This document shows positions 30,181-40,316 of a stretch of DNA of 64,000 nt, piece after piece. The notes beneath the pieces were generated by a model. That model did not search any database and was not told where the DNA came from. It saw only the letters and a program-made list of their open reading frames with translations. Position 1 is the first letter of the stretch; every line of letters starts with the position of its first letter. Source of the DNA: an uncultured Acidobacteriota bacterium (lineage in GTDB: Bacteria > Acidobacteriota > Thermoanaerobaculia > Gp7-AA8); the NCBI GenBank assembly GCA_963741955.1, contig CAVUKB010000005.1, positions 388,994-452,993 of the forward strand, given 5' to 3'. Position numbers and translations under genes: made by a program.

Positions 30181-31131
30181 TTGCGTTCCCGGTTTACGAT
30201 GCCCCGTGCCTGCGCGCTTGCCGCTTCAGGCGGAGGAGGTCCGTTGATCCGCCTGCTCGCACTGGTGGGTGTTCTCGGGATTTCGTTTTCGGCCATCTTC
30301 GTCCGTCTCTCGGGGACCAGCCCTTCGACTGCCGCGGTGTATCGGATGGTGTACGCGATCCCCCCACTCATCGCTCTCTGGTGGCCGGTTCGCCACCGGG
30401 ACGACCGCTCACGTCGCGAACGGATGATGGGGGTGGTGGCGGGGTTTGCACTCGCAGTCGATCTCGCCCTCTGGCATCGCGCGATCCTCTACATCGGCGC
30501 CGGGCTGGCGACGGTGCTCGCCAATACGCAGGTCGTCTTCGTGGCACTCCTCGCGTGGCTTCTGCACCGTGAGCGACCGAGCGGCACCGCTCTGACCATG
30601 ATCCCGGTGGTATTCGGCGGGGTGGCTCTGATCTCGGGGCTGGGCCGCTCCGGCGCGTACGGCTCCGATCCGCTTCTCGGCGTCCTGTTCGGAACTGCGG
30701 CCGGGCTCTCTTACACGTCGTTCCTTCTCGTCTTTCGCGCTTCGAACCGGCGGCTCGCTCCGGCGGTCGCACCGCTCCTCGACGCGTCGATCGGTGCGCT
30801 CGTCGGCTCGCTGATCCTCGCAGTCTTCGATCCTCATTTCACTCTCGTCTGGTCGTGGCCGGCACATGGATGGCTGATCGCTCTGGCACTCGTCGCACAG
30901 GTTTTCGGATGGATTCTCATCTCCTCGGCGCTTCCGCGGTTGCCCGCACTCGACACGTCGGTGATGCTCCTGCTCCAGCCGATGGCAACCGTGATCTGGG
31001 GCCTTCTGATTTTCGGGGAGAGTCTTTCAGGATGGCAGTGGAGCGGTGTCGGGTTGGTCCTGGCAGGAGTCGCGGTGATCTCTCTTCGCGGCACCATGCA
31101 CCAGCCTGATTCGCAAGTGACGACCGGGTGA
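30181..31131 (+). CDS. DMT superfamily (EamA-like) transporter, 10 TM
   Basis: Two EamA-like halves. The start may be MPRACALA at 30199. Confidence 0.75.
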   Translation: MRSRFTMPRACALAASGGGGPLIRLLALVGVLGISFSAIFVRLSGTSPSTAAVYRMVYAIPPLIALWWPVRHRDDRSRRERMMGVVAGFALAVDLALWHRAILYIGAGLATVLANTQVVFVALLAWLLHRERPSGTALTMIPVVFGGVALISGLGRSGAYGSDPLLGVLFGTAAGLSYTSFLLVFRASNRRLAPAVAPLLDASIGALVGSLILAVFDPHFTLVWSWPAHGWLIALALVAQVFGWILISSALPRLPALDTSVMLLLQPMATVIWGLLIFGESLSGWQWSGVGLVLAGVAVISLRGTMHQPDSQVTTG

Positions 31132-31261
31132 CCGCGAGTCCGGGAGGCGCCTGCGGATTGAAACAGAACTGTTCGCTCTCCTCTCCTGCCGGATACGTCC
31201 GCAACGCCTGAATCGCGAAATCCCGAGTTTCACCGGCGCCGTCACTCGCTATACTCTTCTG

Positions 31262-32875
31262 ATGGCGGATCGGGCGGCGGAAACGGAAGAACGACTCAGC
31301 GAGATCCTCAATCTCTTCTCGCGAAAAATCGGATCGACAAAAGGTGCGCTCTACGCCACACCTGGCGGAAAGGATCCCTACGAGCTGGTGACCTGGTACG
31401 GCTTCGCGTCGACTCCGCGGCGCCAGGTCAGCCGGAGCGACCTGATCGTCAACCGCCTCAACACACGACGGTCCGCTTTCTGGGTCAACGGCGCTTCGAG
31501 CGATCCACGCCTGTACGAGCTGCTGTTTCACAGCGGGACCGACTCCATTCTCGTGGTTCCGATCTATCTCCAGAACCAGCTCGTCGGCTTCTTCGATCTC
31601 CGCGACAAAGCGGGAGGAGAACCGTTCGGGAATTCCGATCTCCCCCACGCGCGGGAGATCATCGAACAGATTCTTCCTCTTCTCTCACGCGGGGTTGTGA
31701 CTTCCTCATCCGGCAACGACAGGACCGCTTTGGCTGCAGCGCCCCCGGTGGATGAGGTGGCCGCACGCGAAGACGTGCTCCGCAGGACGATCCAGAAAGC
31801 GCATACGATCGCAGACCGCGATCTCGCGCCGCACCGGGCTACGACCCGCACTCTCTCCGAAGCCGAGATCATGTCCATCGTTCCGGCACTCTCGCCTCTC
31901 CTTCAGCTCTCCGGCGTCTCGATGGCCGTATTCACCGCGTTCGGACATCTCGGCAATATTCAGCAGATCATCTCCCGGGCGTCGATCACCGACGAGGCGA
32001 TGCGCGGATTCGAGCAGAAACTGAAGAACTGGATCCGGAAGCACTGGAACCTGAAGATCTCCGACACCACCCGATCGACGGTGACTCTCCCGTTCGGCGA
32101 ATCCGGGCCGAAGGTCCAGCCTGCGCACATCGGCACGGTGCTCAGCGCCGCCGTCGAGGTGAATGGAATTCCTGGTCTGGTCCTCAGCGTCGGATTCGAG
32201 ACTGCGCCCAGCCGCCAGACCAAAGCTGCTCTCGCGCTCAACCTCGAGCTCGTGCAGCAGATGCTCCACTACTCACTTTCCCATCTGCGGATGCGCACTG
32301 CGAATCAGAAGATCGCGGAGCGCCTCCTGGAGCCGGACTTCCGCCGCTATCCCCGTCTGGCGGATCACTCCATGCGGGTGGCGATGCTCGCCGAACAGTT
32401 CGCGCAGTATCTCGACCTCTCGGCCGCCGAGATGGAGAACATCCGGCTCGCGGCATATCTCCACGACGCCGGAATGCGCCTTCTCGACTACGACCGGCTC
32501 TACGAGAAGCCCTCTTTCAACGATGACGACCGCCGTCTCGTGCGAGAGCACCCGGTACTCGGCGCGGCGTTGATCGCCGAATCAGCCCTCGGAGAAGAAA
32601 TCGCGCGGGTCGTCCTCCACCACCACGAACAGCCGGACGGAAAAGGGTATCCTCACGGACTGACCGGAGAGCAGATTCCTCTCGGATCACGCATTCTCCG
32701 GATTTGCGAAACGTTCGACGCGATGACCTCTCACCACTCGTACCACGAGCCGGTTCCCGAGAGCGCCGCGCTCGCCAGCATCGTCCGGCTTGCCGGAGCG
32801 GAGTTCGAGCTCGACCTCGCCCACAAGTTCAACGAGATGCTCGTCAGGGCGTCTACCTTCGGAATGAACACCTGA
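31262..32875 (+). CDS. HD-GYP domain c-di-GMP phosphodiesterase with N-terminal GAF-like sensor domains
   Basis: The C-terminus has HD...HHHEQPDGKGYPHGL, the HD-GYP signature. Confidence 0.8.
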   Translation: MADRAAETEERLSEILNLFSRKIGSTKGALYATPGGKDPYELVTWYGFASTPRRQVSRSDLIVNRLNTRRSAFWVNGASSDPRLYELLFHSGTDSILVVPIYLQNQLVGFFDLRDKAGGEPFGNSDLPHAREIIEQILPLLSRGVVTSSSGNDRTALAAAPPVDEVAAREDVLRRTIQKAHTIADRDLAPHRATTRTLSEAEIMSIVPALSPLLQLSGVSMAVFTAFGHLGNIQQIISRASITDEAMRGFEQKLKNWIRKHWNLKISDTTRSTVTLPFGESGPKVQPAHIGTVLSAAVEVNGIPGLVLSVGFETAPSRQTKAALALNLELVQQMLHYSLSHLRMRTANQKIAERLLEPDFRRYPRLADHSMRVAMLAEQFAQYLDLSAAEMENIRLAAYLHDAGMRLLDYDRLYEKPSFNDDDRRLVREHPVLGAALIAESALGEEIARVVLHHHEQPDGKGYPHGLTGEQIPLGSRILRICETFDAMTSHHSYHEPVPESAALASIVRLAGAEFELDLAHKFNEMLVRASTFGMNT

Positions 32876-33076
32876 ATAAATCCCAGGACTGCGTCCTGGG
32901 CTATTGTCAATCGCCCCTACGGGGCTCCCGGAGAATCGTCTTTCGCCCTTGAATCCCAGGACTGCGTCCTGGGCTACTGTCAAACGCCCCGACGGGGCTC
33001 TCGGATCGTGTTCTTCCTCCAATCAGTCCCAGGACTGCGTCCTGGGCTACTATCAAACGCCCCTACGGGGCTCCCC
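32876..33076. repeat. Three tandem copies of a 73-bp unit (unit starts 32882, 32955, 33028), each with two perfect hairpins: cccagga-ctgcg-tcctggg and gcccc-tac-ggggc
   Basis: Seen directly, between the convergent HD-GYP gene and the GGDEF-EAL gene. REP-like or stacked bidirectional terminators. The spacers are too short for CRISPR. Confidence 0.85.
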
Positions 33077-33127
33077 GATCCTCGATCCCCGATCCTCGAT
33101 CTCAGATCTTAGATCTTAGATGCCTCT

Positions 33128-35917
33128 CTAACCTGCCTTCAGCTGTTCTTCGAAGATCTCGCCCGGCGCGGGTCGCGCGAAAAGAAATCCCTGACCGTAC
33201 TCGCACTTCATCATCTTCAGCATGGCCAGCTGTTGTTCGGTCTCGATTCCTTCGGCGATGACCTCGAGGTTCATGGCGTGTGCAAGGGCGATCACGGTCC
33301 GGACGATCTCCGCACTCTCGGGGTTCGCGATCATGCTGCCGACGAAGGAGCGATCGATCTTCAGTCCGTCCACACGGAACCGATGCAGGTAGCTGAGCGA
33401 TGAATAGCCGGTGCCGAAGTCGTCGATGGTGATCTTCAACCCGAGGTCGCGAAGACTGACCAGCACGCGCGCTGCGCCATCGGGATCGCGCATGATCGCG
33501 CTCTCGGTGATCTCGAGGTGAAGCGAGCCGGGATCGACGTCGCATTGCCCGAGCTGCTCGCCGAGCTCCGCGGCCAGGTCAGGAGCGGTGAGCTGCATCG
33601 CGGAGAGATTGAGGCTCATGGTCAAGGGAGGATCGGGGTGGAATCGATGCTCCCATTCGTGCAGCGTGCGGCACGCTTCCCGGAAGACCCACCGGCCGAT
33701 CCTGGCGATCAGACCCGTCTCTTCGGCGAGAGGAATGAACTCGTCCGGCATCACGATGCCCCGGGTCGGATGCACCCAGCGGATCAGCGCCTCGAAACCG
33801 ACGATGTGTGAGGTGGCGAGATCGACGATCGGCTGGTAGTTCAGGCGAAACTCGTCCCGGTCGACCGCCCGTCGCAGCTCCGTCTCGAGCTCGAGCAGCT
33901 GTACCGCGCTGGCGTGCATGGTCTTTTCGAAGACCACCGACCGCGCTTTGCCGAGCGACTTGGCGCGGTACATCGCGGTGTCCGCATCGCGAATGACGTC
34001 CTCGGGCTTTTCGTATTCCGGTCCTCCGGGGGCGATCCCGATACTCGCAGTGATCGAGTACTGTCGGTCTTCGTCGTGGAATGGCATCCGCAGGACTTCC
34101 TGGACTCTTTCCGCGATCTGCAGGGCTTCGGTCTGGCTGTGAAGATCTTCGAGAAGGATCGTGAATTCGTCTCCCCCGAAGCGCGCCAGCGTATCGCCTT
34201 CCCGCACCAGCGACGCCACTCGTTGAGAGACCTGCTTGAGAAGCCGGTCGCCGGTGTCGTGTCCCAGACTGTCGTTGATCACCTTGAAGCGATCGAGATC
34301 GAGGAACAGAACCGCAAACCCGATCTTGTGTCGTCGTGCACGAGTGATCGCCACCGCCAGGCGGTCCAGAAAGAGGGGGCGGTTCGGCAGAGTGGTCAGC
34401 GGGTCGTGATACACCTCGTGCATCAGTTGATCTTCGGCGACCTTCGCTTCGGTGATGTCGGTCTGAGAGCCGGCCATCCGGACCGGGATGCCTCTTTCGT
34501 TCAGGACGGCGAGGCCGCGGCAGAGCATGAAGCGATAGCCGCCCTCTTTCTGCCGCAGCCGGTACTCGCTCTCGAAGTGGGGCGACTCCGACTGCAGGTG
34601 CGCCGAGATGCGCGCCTGCACCCGCTGAACGTCTTCGGGGTGAATCCGCTCGAACCAGACCTCGGGAGTCGAGCCGAGCTCCTCGTCGGAGTAGCCGATC
34701 ATCGCTTTCCATCGCGGCGAGAAGTACAACTCCCCCGTCACCAGGTTCCAGTCCCAGAGGCCGTCGTTGGCGCCGGCGGCAGCGAGAGCGTATCGCTGCT
34801 CGCTCTCCTTCAGCGCGGTCTCCGCTTCGATTCGCTGCATCACCTCGTGCTGCAGATCGCTCACCACGCGCTGGAGATCCGCGGTTCGGTCGGCGACCCT
34901 CTTTTCGAGATCGTCTTTCATCCCTTCGAGCTCGGCACGCGCACGACTGAGCTGCTCATTCAGAACGAACAGTTCTTCGTTGCCCGCCTGGAGCTCGTCG
35001 AGCTTGTCCAGAAATGCGCTCTCGATCTGCGCCCGGTTGAGAAGCGCGAGCTTCGCTCCGTCCAGAAGATGATCGGGAAGAAGCCGTATGATCGCAGGGA
35101 ATCCGTCGAGATTCACGTACGAGCTCGCGAGCGCGTCGTAGCTGGCTTCGAACGTGCGGTCCGCGAGCTCTTCACCGGTCAGATGCGCGAGCCGCGTGTG
35201 CAGGGCCGCCGAGAGGTCGGCCAGAAGCATGGTCCAGCCACGGGGAGTCCCCGGAATCGCGCGGTCCGGCAGCAACTCGCACGGAACACTCACCTCCGGG
35301 ATCGAGGAGACCCATTGGGAAAGTCCCTCCAGAGCGCCGCCCCTGCTGCCGAGCAGATCCGCGGCTCTCTCGAGGACATTCACGAGGAACCGACGGGCCA
35401 GATCCAGCTCCTGCGCCGGCCGATCCTGAAAGATGATCCCGAAACGAGGGATTTCCAGGAGATCGGGAAAACGTGAGGCCACGAGCTCGCGCAGCTGCGC
35501 CTGGTCGAATCGATGGGACGGATCCGCCTGCACCAGGTACTGCTCGAGAAGGAGGTAGAGCGAAGGAAGCTCTTCACGCCGCCGCGAGATGGGAAGCCGG
35601 CGGAACGCAGCCACGCGCAATCGGGCGACCTCGGCGCTTCTGGGCGAAGTCATCTGACCGACGAGAAAGTCGACCAGATCCTTCACGTCGCGGTCGTCGT
35701 CCGTCCCCGTCGTCGCCGCGACTCGCGACCGCCAGAACCGCAAACTCTGCATCAACCCCATACCACGTCCACCCCGATCGATCCGCGCGAGCGATTGCAG
35801 GTTCCGTCCGGACCACCCGGGAGTCGCTCGCGACGTACATCCTGCCCACAGGTTAACTCCGATACGCAGCGAAAAGGAGCGGTTTCTTCCCACGGTTCGG
35901 CGAAGCCCGACGGTCAC
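33128..35917 (-). CDS. Multidomain c-di-GMP turnover protein: N-terminal sensor region, coiled coil, PAS, GGDEF and EAL
   Basis: RFGGDEFTILLEDL (GGDEF) and FEALIRWVHP plus downstream EAL motifs. A PAS region (DGLWDWNLVTGELYFSPRW). The start may be the internal MGLMQSL at about 35761. Confidence 0.85.
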   Translation of the reverse strand: MTVGLRRTVGRNRSFSLRIGVNLWAGCTSRATPGWSGRNLQSLARIDRGGRGMGLMQSLRFWRSRVAATTGTDDDRDVKDLVDFLVGQMTSPRSAEVARLRVAAFRRLPISRRREELPSLYLLLEQYLVQADPSHRFDQAQLRELVASRFPDLLEIPRFGIIFQDRPAQELDLARRFLVNVLERAADLLGSRGGALEGLSQWVSSIPEVSVPCELLPDRAIPGTPRGWTMLLADLSAALHTRLAHLTGEELADRTFEASYDALASSYVNLDGFPAIIRLLPDHLLDGAKLALLNRAQIESAFLDKLDELQAGNEELFVLNEQLSRARAELEGMKDDLEKRVADRTADLQRVVSDLQHEVMQRIEAETALKESEQRYALAAAGANDGLWDWNLVTGELYFSPRWKAMIGYSDEELGSTPEVWFERIHPEDVQRVQARISAHLQSESPHFESEYRLRQKEGGYRFMLCRGLAVLNERGIPVRMAGSQTDITEAKVAEDQLMHEVYHDPLTTLPNRPLFLDRLAVAITRARRHKIGFAVLFLDLDRFKVINDSLGHDTGDRLLKQVSQRVASLVREGDTLARFGGDEFTILLEDLHSQTEALQIAERVQEVLRMPFHDEDRQYSITASIGIAPGGPEYEKPEDVIRDADTAMYRAKSLGKARSVVFEKTMHASAVQLLELETELRRAVDRDEFRLNYQPIVDLATSHIVGFEALIRWVHPTRGIVMPDEFIPLAEETGLIARIGRWVFREACRTLHEWEHRFHPDPPLTMSLNLSAMQLTAPDLAAELGEQLGQCDVDPGSLHLEITESAIMRDPDGAARVLVSLRDLGLKITIDDFGTGYSSLSYLHRFRVDGLKIDRSFVGSMIANPESAEIVRTVIALAHAMNLEVIAEGIETEQQLAMLKMMKCEYGQGFLFARPAPGEIFEEQLKAG

Positions 35918-36090
35918 GCCGTTCGTCGACGGCTACCATCCTCCACCGCCACCGCCGCCGGTCGAACCACCGCCTCCGCCCATGGGGGTCCCCGCTGGTG
36001 CGGGTTCTTCTCTCGTGTACCGCGGATGATAGACCAGGCGTATAATTCCCGTTCAACAATCGTCCAAAACCTCGAATACGGGAGCTCGAT

Positions 36091-37908
36091 ATGCGTCATC
36101 ACGATCGCACCAGGGGCCTCTATCTCTATCTGTTTCTCTTTCTGGCATCGTTCGTCGCGATGGCTGCCCTCGCAGCCGACCGCGCCGAGTCTCGCTTCTG
36201 GGCCGATCCGATCGGGGATCAGCCGGTCGGGATCGCGCCTCACATGGCGTCCCGGGCCGTAGTACCGATGGCGACCGGCCTGGACAGCGCCATCGCCGGC
36301 GCCGTCGATTCGATCCGCGCCATGCAGACGTGGAATGACGAGGGGAGACTTCCGCTCCGCAACGGCTTCTCCCGGCCGCTTCCTTCACCGGTCGAGTTCC
36401 GTCTCGGCGAAGTGGCCGCGGCGTCGACCGGGCACCAGATGGCCGGAGGTCTCGTCACCCGCGCGTCGAATGGAGATCTCATCTGGTCGACGAGCATTCA
36501 CGTCGAAGATGCCTGGCGGCTCCGTCTCCACCTGAGTCACGTCGCGCTCCCACCCGGAACCGTGATGTGGGTGTACGGCAGCGGCGCTCAGGCGATCCGG
36601 TTCGACACCGGGATCCAGCAGGGCGACACCCTCTGGACTCCGATGGTCGACGGCGACACGATCTGGTTCGAAGCCCGGCTTCCCGTGACGGCACAGAACT
36701 GCGCGTTCGACATCGATCGCGTCATGCAGCTCTTCACCGGCGACATGATCCGCTCGAACGTCCGCACCGCCGCGGGGCTGCATACAAAAGCCGAAGAATG
36801 CGTGCAGGACGCGACGTGCACCACCTCGTCCACCCTGAAAGGGATCAGCGCGTACCGCGCCGCGGTCGGCCAGATGCAGTTCACCGTGAACGGTGACGGC
36901 TACGTCTGCACCGGTGCGCTCCTCACTGATAAGGCAGGGTCACGTACGCCGTACTTCCTCACCGCGAACCACTGCATCTCCAGTGCGGCCTCCGCGTCTT
37001 CGCTCCAGGTGACCTGGGATTACAAGAGCAACACCTGCGGAGTCTGGAGCACCGCGACGGCCAATCCTTCAACGAGCGTCGGCGCTTCACTTCTGGTCAC
37101 GAACCCGCGAAGCGACGTCACTCTCCTTCGTCTGAACAGCGTCCCCTCCAACCGCACGTTCCTCGGGTGGGACTCCACCCCGCTCTCGAACTCCACGAAG
37201 CTCTACCGGATCTCTCACCCGTACTCCGCGGTCTACGAAGACGTCTATCCGCAGGCCTGGTCGGAATCGAACGTCAGCACGTCGGTCCCCACCTGCCAGG
37301 GGAAATCGCGCCCTGATTATCTCTACGCAGTGAATACCAAAGGGGGGACGTTCGGCGGCAGCTCCGGCTCGCCGGTGATCGTGACCGATCAGAACGGCGA
37401 TGGCCTCTACGTCGTCGGGCAGCTCAACGGCGGTTGCCCGAGCGTCACGGGACATGACCCCGGCGATGGTTGCGACTACACGAACCACGACCTCGACGGA
37501 GCGTTCTCCACCAGCTATCAGGATCTCAAGTCGTTCCTCAATTCTTCCGCTCCGGTGGTCTGCAATCCCGATTCGACCACCCTCTGCCTCAACAACGGCC
37601 GCTTCAGAGTGAGGGTGAGCTGGACGGATTTCAACAACAACACCGGAAACGGCCAGGCGATCAAGTACACGCCCGACTCCGGACTGATGTGGTTCTTCGA
37701 TTCCACGAACATCGAGTTCCTGGTCAAGATCCTCAACGGCTGCGGCTTGAACAACCATTACTGGGTCTTCGCCGCCGCGACCACGAACGTCCAGTACACC
37801 ATGACCGTGACCGACTCGCAGAACGGGACGACGAAGACTTACTCCAATCCTCTCGGAACGTCGGCACCGGCGATTACCGATACCGGCGCGTTCGCCACCT
37901 GTCCCTGA
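36091..37908 (+). CDS. Secreted trypsin-like serine protease (peptidase S1 family) with an N-terminal pro-region and a Cys-containing C-terminal beta domain
   Basis: Signal peptide LYLYLFLFLASFVAMAALAA. Catalytic His (LTANHCI) and Ser (GDSGGP-like GGSSGSPV). Confidence 0.8.
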   Translation: MRHHDRTRGLYLYLFLFLASFVAMAALAADRAESRFWADPIGDQPVGIAPHMASRAVVPMATGLDSAIAGAVDSIRAMQTWNDEGRLPLRNGFSRPLPSPVEFRLGEVAAASTGHQMAGGLVTRASNGDLIWSTSIHVEDAWRLRLHLSHVALPPGTVMWVYGSGAQAIRFDTGIQQGDTLWTPMVDGDTIWFEARLPVTAQNCAFDIDRVMQLFTGDMIRSNVRTAAGLHTKAEECVQDATCTTSSTLKGISAYRAAVGQMQFTVNGDGYVCTGALLTDKAGSRTPYFLTANHCISSAASASSLQVTWDYKSNTCGVWSTATANPSTSVGASLLVTNPRSDVTLLRLNSVPSNRTFLGWDSTPLSNSTKLYRISHPYSAVYEDVYPQAWSESNVSTSVPTCQGKSRPDYLYAVNTKGGTFGGSSGSPVIVTDQNGDGLYVVGQLNGGCPSVTGHDPGDGCDYTNHDLDGAFSTSYQDLKSFLNSSAPVVCNPDSTTLCLNNGRFRVRVSWTDFNNNTGNGQAIKYTPDSGLMWFFDSTNIEFLVKILNGCGLNNHYWVFAAATTNVQYTMTVTDSQNGTTKTYSNPLGTSAPAITDTGAFATCP

Positions 37909-38018
37909 CCGTCGGAGCAGCGGATCGACACGAGGACGGACTCCGGTCCGTCCTCTTTTCGTTTGCAGGCGCGCAGGCGCGGCGGTCAGCCGGCGGCGTG
38001 TGGCCCTATGATGACTCC

Positions 38019-38585
38019 ATGCGCCGCACCTTCAGTCACGTGGTCGGGATCGACGACTTTCCTTTCGAGCGATCCCACCGGGGAGACGTGCGGATCGTGG
38101 GAACAGTCTTCGCCGGATCGCAGCTCCACGGAGTCGTCTCGTCGAGAGTGCGACGGGACGGCGCCAACGCGACCACCCGCATCGCCGCGATGGTGTACGG
38201 ATCGAAGTTCCGGGAGCATCTGCAGCTGGTGATGCTGCAGGGAATCGCCGTCGCCGGATTCAACGTGGTCGATCTCGCACGACTGGAGCGCGAGACCGGA
38301 CTCCCGGTGCTCGTGGTCGCCCGCCGCAATCCCGATCTCGACGCGATCCGCGACGCGCTTCTCACGCGCGTCCCCGGCGGCAAGAGGAAGTGGGCGCTGA
38401 TCCAGGCCGCCGGTCCGATGCGACGCGCCGGCGAGGTATGGGTTCAGAGTGCGGGGCTGTCAGCGGAGGAGACTTCCACGATCCTCGAGCGCTTCGCGAT
38501 CAACGGCGTGATCCCCGAGCCCCTCCGCGTCGCGCATCTGATCGCCGGCGGCATCGCGACGGGAGAGAGCACCGGCCGTGTGTAG
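38019..38585 (+). CDS. Conserved hypothetical protein (188 aa); weak resemblance to the DUF99/UPF0215 endonuclease-V-like family, unverified
   Basis: MRRTFSHVVGIDDFPFER... The N-terminal extension in ORF 37470..38585 overlaps the protease gene and is rejected. Confidence 0.45.
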   Translation: MRRTFSHVVGIDDFPFERSHRGDVRIVGTVFAGSQLHGVVSSRVRRDGANATTRIAAMVYGSKFREHLQLVMLQGIAVAGFNVVDLARLERETGLPVLVVARRNPDLDAIRDALLTRVPGGKRKWALIQAAGPMRRAGEVWVQSAGLSAEETSTILERFAINGVIPEPLRVAHLIAGGIATGESTGRV

Positions 38586-38621
38586 TGGGCGTGCCCGGTG
38601 AGGGTCGTTCCTCCCGCCGTC

Positions 38622-39194
38622 CTACGCCCGCAGCGCAGCCATCCGTTTCTTCGACTCTTCCAGCACGCTCTGGTGAAGGCTGTTCCCGTGCGAATCCATG
38701 GTCACGATGGCCATGAAGTCCTCCACCCAGAGGTGCCAGATGGCTTCGGGACTCCCCAGGTCCATCCAGTCGACGCCGTCGACTCGCTTGATCGCCGAGG
38801 CACAGACCTGCGCCGCGCCGCCGATGGCGTGGAGGTAGACCGCGCCGTACTCTTTGCAGCCGGCCAGAGTCTTGGGCCCCATGCCGCCTTTTCCGATCAC
38901 CCCTCGGATTCCGTAGTCGCGCATCACTTCCCACTGGTACGGCTCTTCGCGCGAGCTGGTGGTCGGGCCGGCAGCCTTGCAGACCCACTTGTCGCCTTCC
39001 TTCACCATCACCGGACCGCAGTGGTAGATGATCTGTCCCGCGAGGTCGACTGGAGGCTTGACCCCCTGATGAATGCGATGATGGACGGCGTCCCGTCCCG
39101 TGTAGAGGCGTCCGCTGATGGAGACGTTGTCGCCGACCTTCAGTCCGCGAATCGTCTCTTCGTCGATCGGTGTGGTCAATTTGATCGTAGCCAT
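38622..39194 (-). CDS. Class I fumarate hydratase / Fe-S hydro-lyase, beta (C-terminal) subunit
   Basis: MATIKLTTPIDEETIRGLKVGDNVSISGRLYTGRDAVHHR... typical FumB-C/TtdB. Confidence 0.85.
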   Translation of the reverse strand: MATIKLTTPIDEETIRGLKVGDNVSISGRLYTGRDAVHHRIHQGVKPPVDLAGQIIYHCGPVMVKEGDKWVCKAAGPTTSSREEPYQWEVMRDYGIRGVIGKGGMGPKTLAGCKEYGAVYLHAIGGAAQVCASAIKRVDGVDWMDLGSPEAIWHLWVEDFMAIVTMDSHGNSLHQSVLEESKKRMAALRA

Positions 39195-39220
39195 GATCTC
39201 TTCTTCCCGTTCTCGTGCAC

Positions 39221-40156
39221 TCAGTAGAGCCACTTCTGGACGTCGGCGGTGGTCATCGAAAGCTCGCAGCCGCGGCGGCGGAACGCCCAGCACATGTAGG
39301 CGATGCTGACGAAGTAGCTGGCCGGCAACCGGTTGCGTTTCCCGATCTTGCAGCCGAGGAGCGTGGTATTCCCGCCGAAGCCCATCGGACCGATGCCGAG
39401 CTGGTTGGCTTTTTCCACCACCCGCTTTTCGAGATCGGACAGCACCGGGTCCGGATTCGAGTCGTCGAGCGTCCGCAGGAGCTGTTCCTTCGCGAACGCG
39501 TATCCCGTCCCACGGTCGCCGCCGATGCAGACGCCGAGGATTCCCGGTCCGCATCCCTGTCCCTGGGCCTGGATGACCGAGTCGAGGATCGCGTTCTCCA
39601 CCCCTTCGAGCGTGCGGCCGCCGAGCTCCGGGTGCGGGAGGCTGTACTGCGCGTTCATGTTCTCGCAGCCGCCACCTTTGAGCATCACCTTCACTTCGAC
39701 GTGGTCCTTCCGCCACTGGTGGAAGTGGAAGACCGGCGAACCGGGGCCGGTATTGTCACCGCTGTTCTTTCCGGTCACGCTGTCGACGCTGTTCTGCCGG
39801 AGATAACCGACTCTCGTCGCCTCGCGCACCGCTTCCGTTGCCACCTCTTCGAACGTCAGCTGGTCGTAGCCGACCGGCACGTGGACGTAGAAAAGAATGG
39901 TTCCGGTGTCCTGACAGATCGGAAGCGAGTGCTCGACCGCCAGGCCGATGTTGCAGCCGATCACGTCGAGCGCGACGTCGGCGTTGGATCCCGGGGCTTC
40001 GGCTTTCCGGGCATCCCGGACCGACCGGGCGACGTCGTCCGGAAGGACGGTGCTGGTGCGGCGGATCAGCTCGAGGAGGTTGGTGAAAAGAGTCTGCTCC
40101 AGGGCCGACTTGAACGAGGACCCCGGACGGGATGTTTCGGGTGCAGTTGCTGTCAT
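39221..40156 (-). CDS. Class I fumarate hydratase / Fe-S hydro-lyase, alpha (N-terminal) subunit
   Basis: Conserved Cys ligands (CQDTGT, GGGCENMN, CGPGILGVCIGG) typical of FumA-N/TtdA. Start at the internal MTATAPETS. Confidence 0.85.
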   Translation of the reverse strand: MTATAPETSRPGSSFKSALEQTLFTNLLELIRRTSTVLPDDVARSVRDARKAEAPGSNADVALDVIGCNIGLAVEHSLPICQDTGTILFYVHVPVGYDQLTFEEVATEAVREATRVGYLRQNSVDSVTGKNSGDNTGPGSPVFHFHQWRKDHVEVKVMLKGGGCENMNAQYSLPHPELGGRTLEGVENAILDSVIQAQGQGCGPGILGVCIGGDRGTGYAFAKEQLLRTLDDSNPDPVLSDLEKRVVEKANQLGIGPMGFGGNTTLLGCKIGKRNRLPASYFVSIAYMCWAFRRRGCELSMTTADVQKWLY

Positions 40157-40316
40157 TTCCGTAGTCTCCGGCGGGAAGTCTATAGCCCGTATGCACGGCC
40201 GGCAAGGACGCACGTCACAGGCTCGGGGCTCGGGGCTCGGGGCTCGGGGCTCGAGCATCTGTGATCGCGGGTTCACAATTGCGTGCGGTCCGCCTCCGGT
40301 TAGAATCCGGAGCACC

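Noticed and set aside
32876-33076. Possible CRISPR array
   Set aside because: The repeat core is about 46 bp with only about 25-bp intervening segments, which are themselves partly conserved. It has perfect internal hairpins, is just 3 units long, and there are no cas genes. It is REP/terminator-like, not CRISPR.
37470-38018. N-terminal extension of ORF 37470..38585
   Set aside because: It overlaps the 3' half of the serine protease gene in another frame. The conserved body starts at the ATG at 38019.
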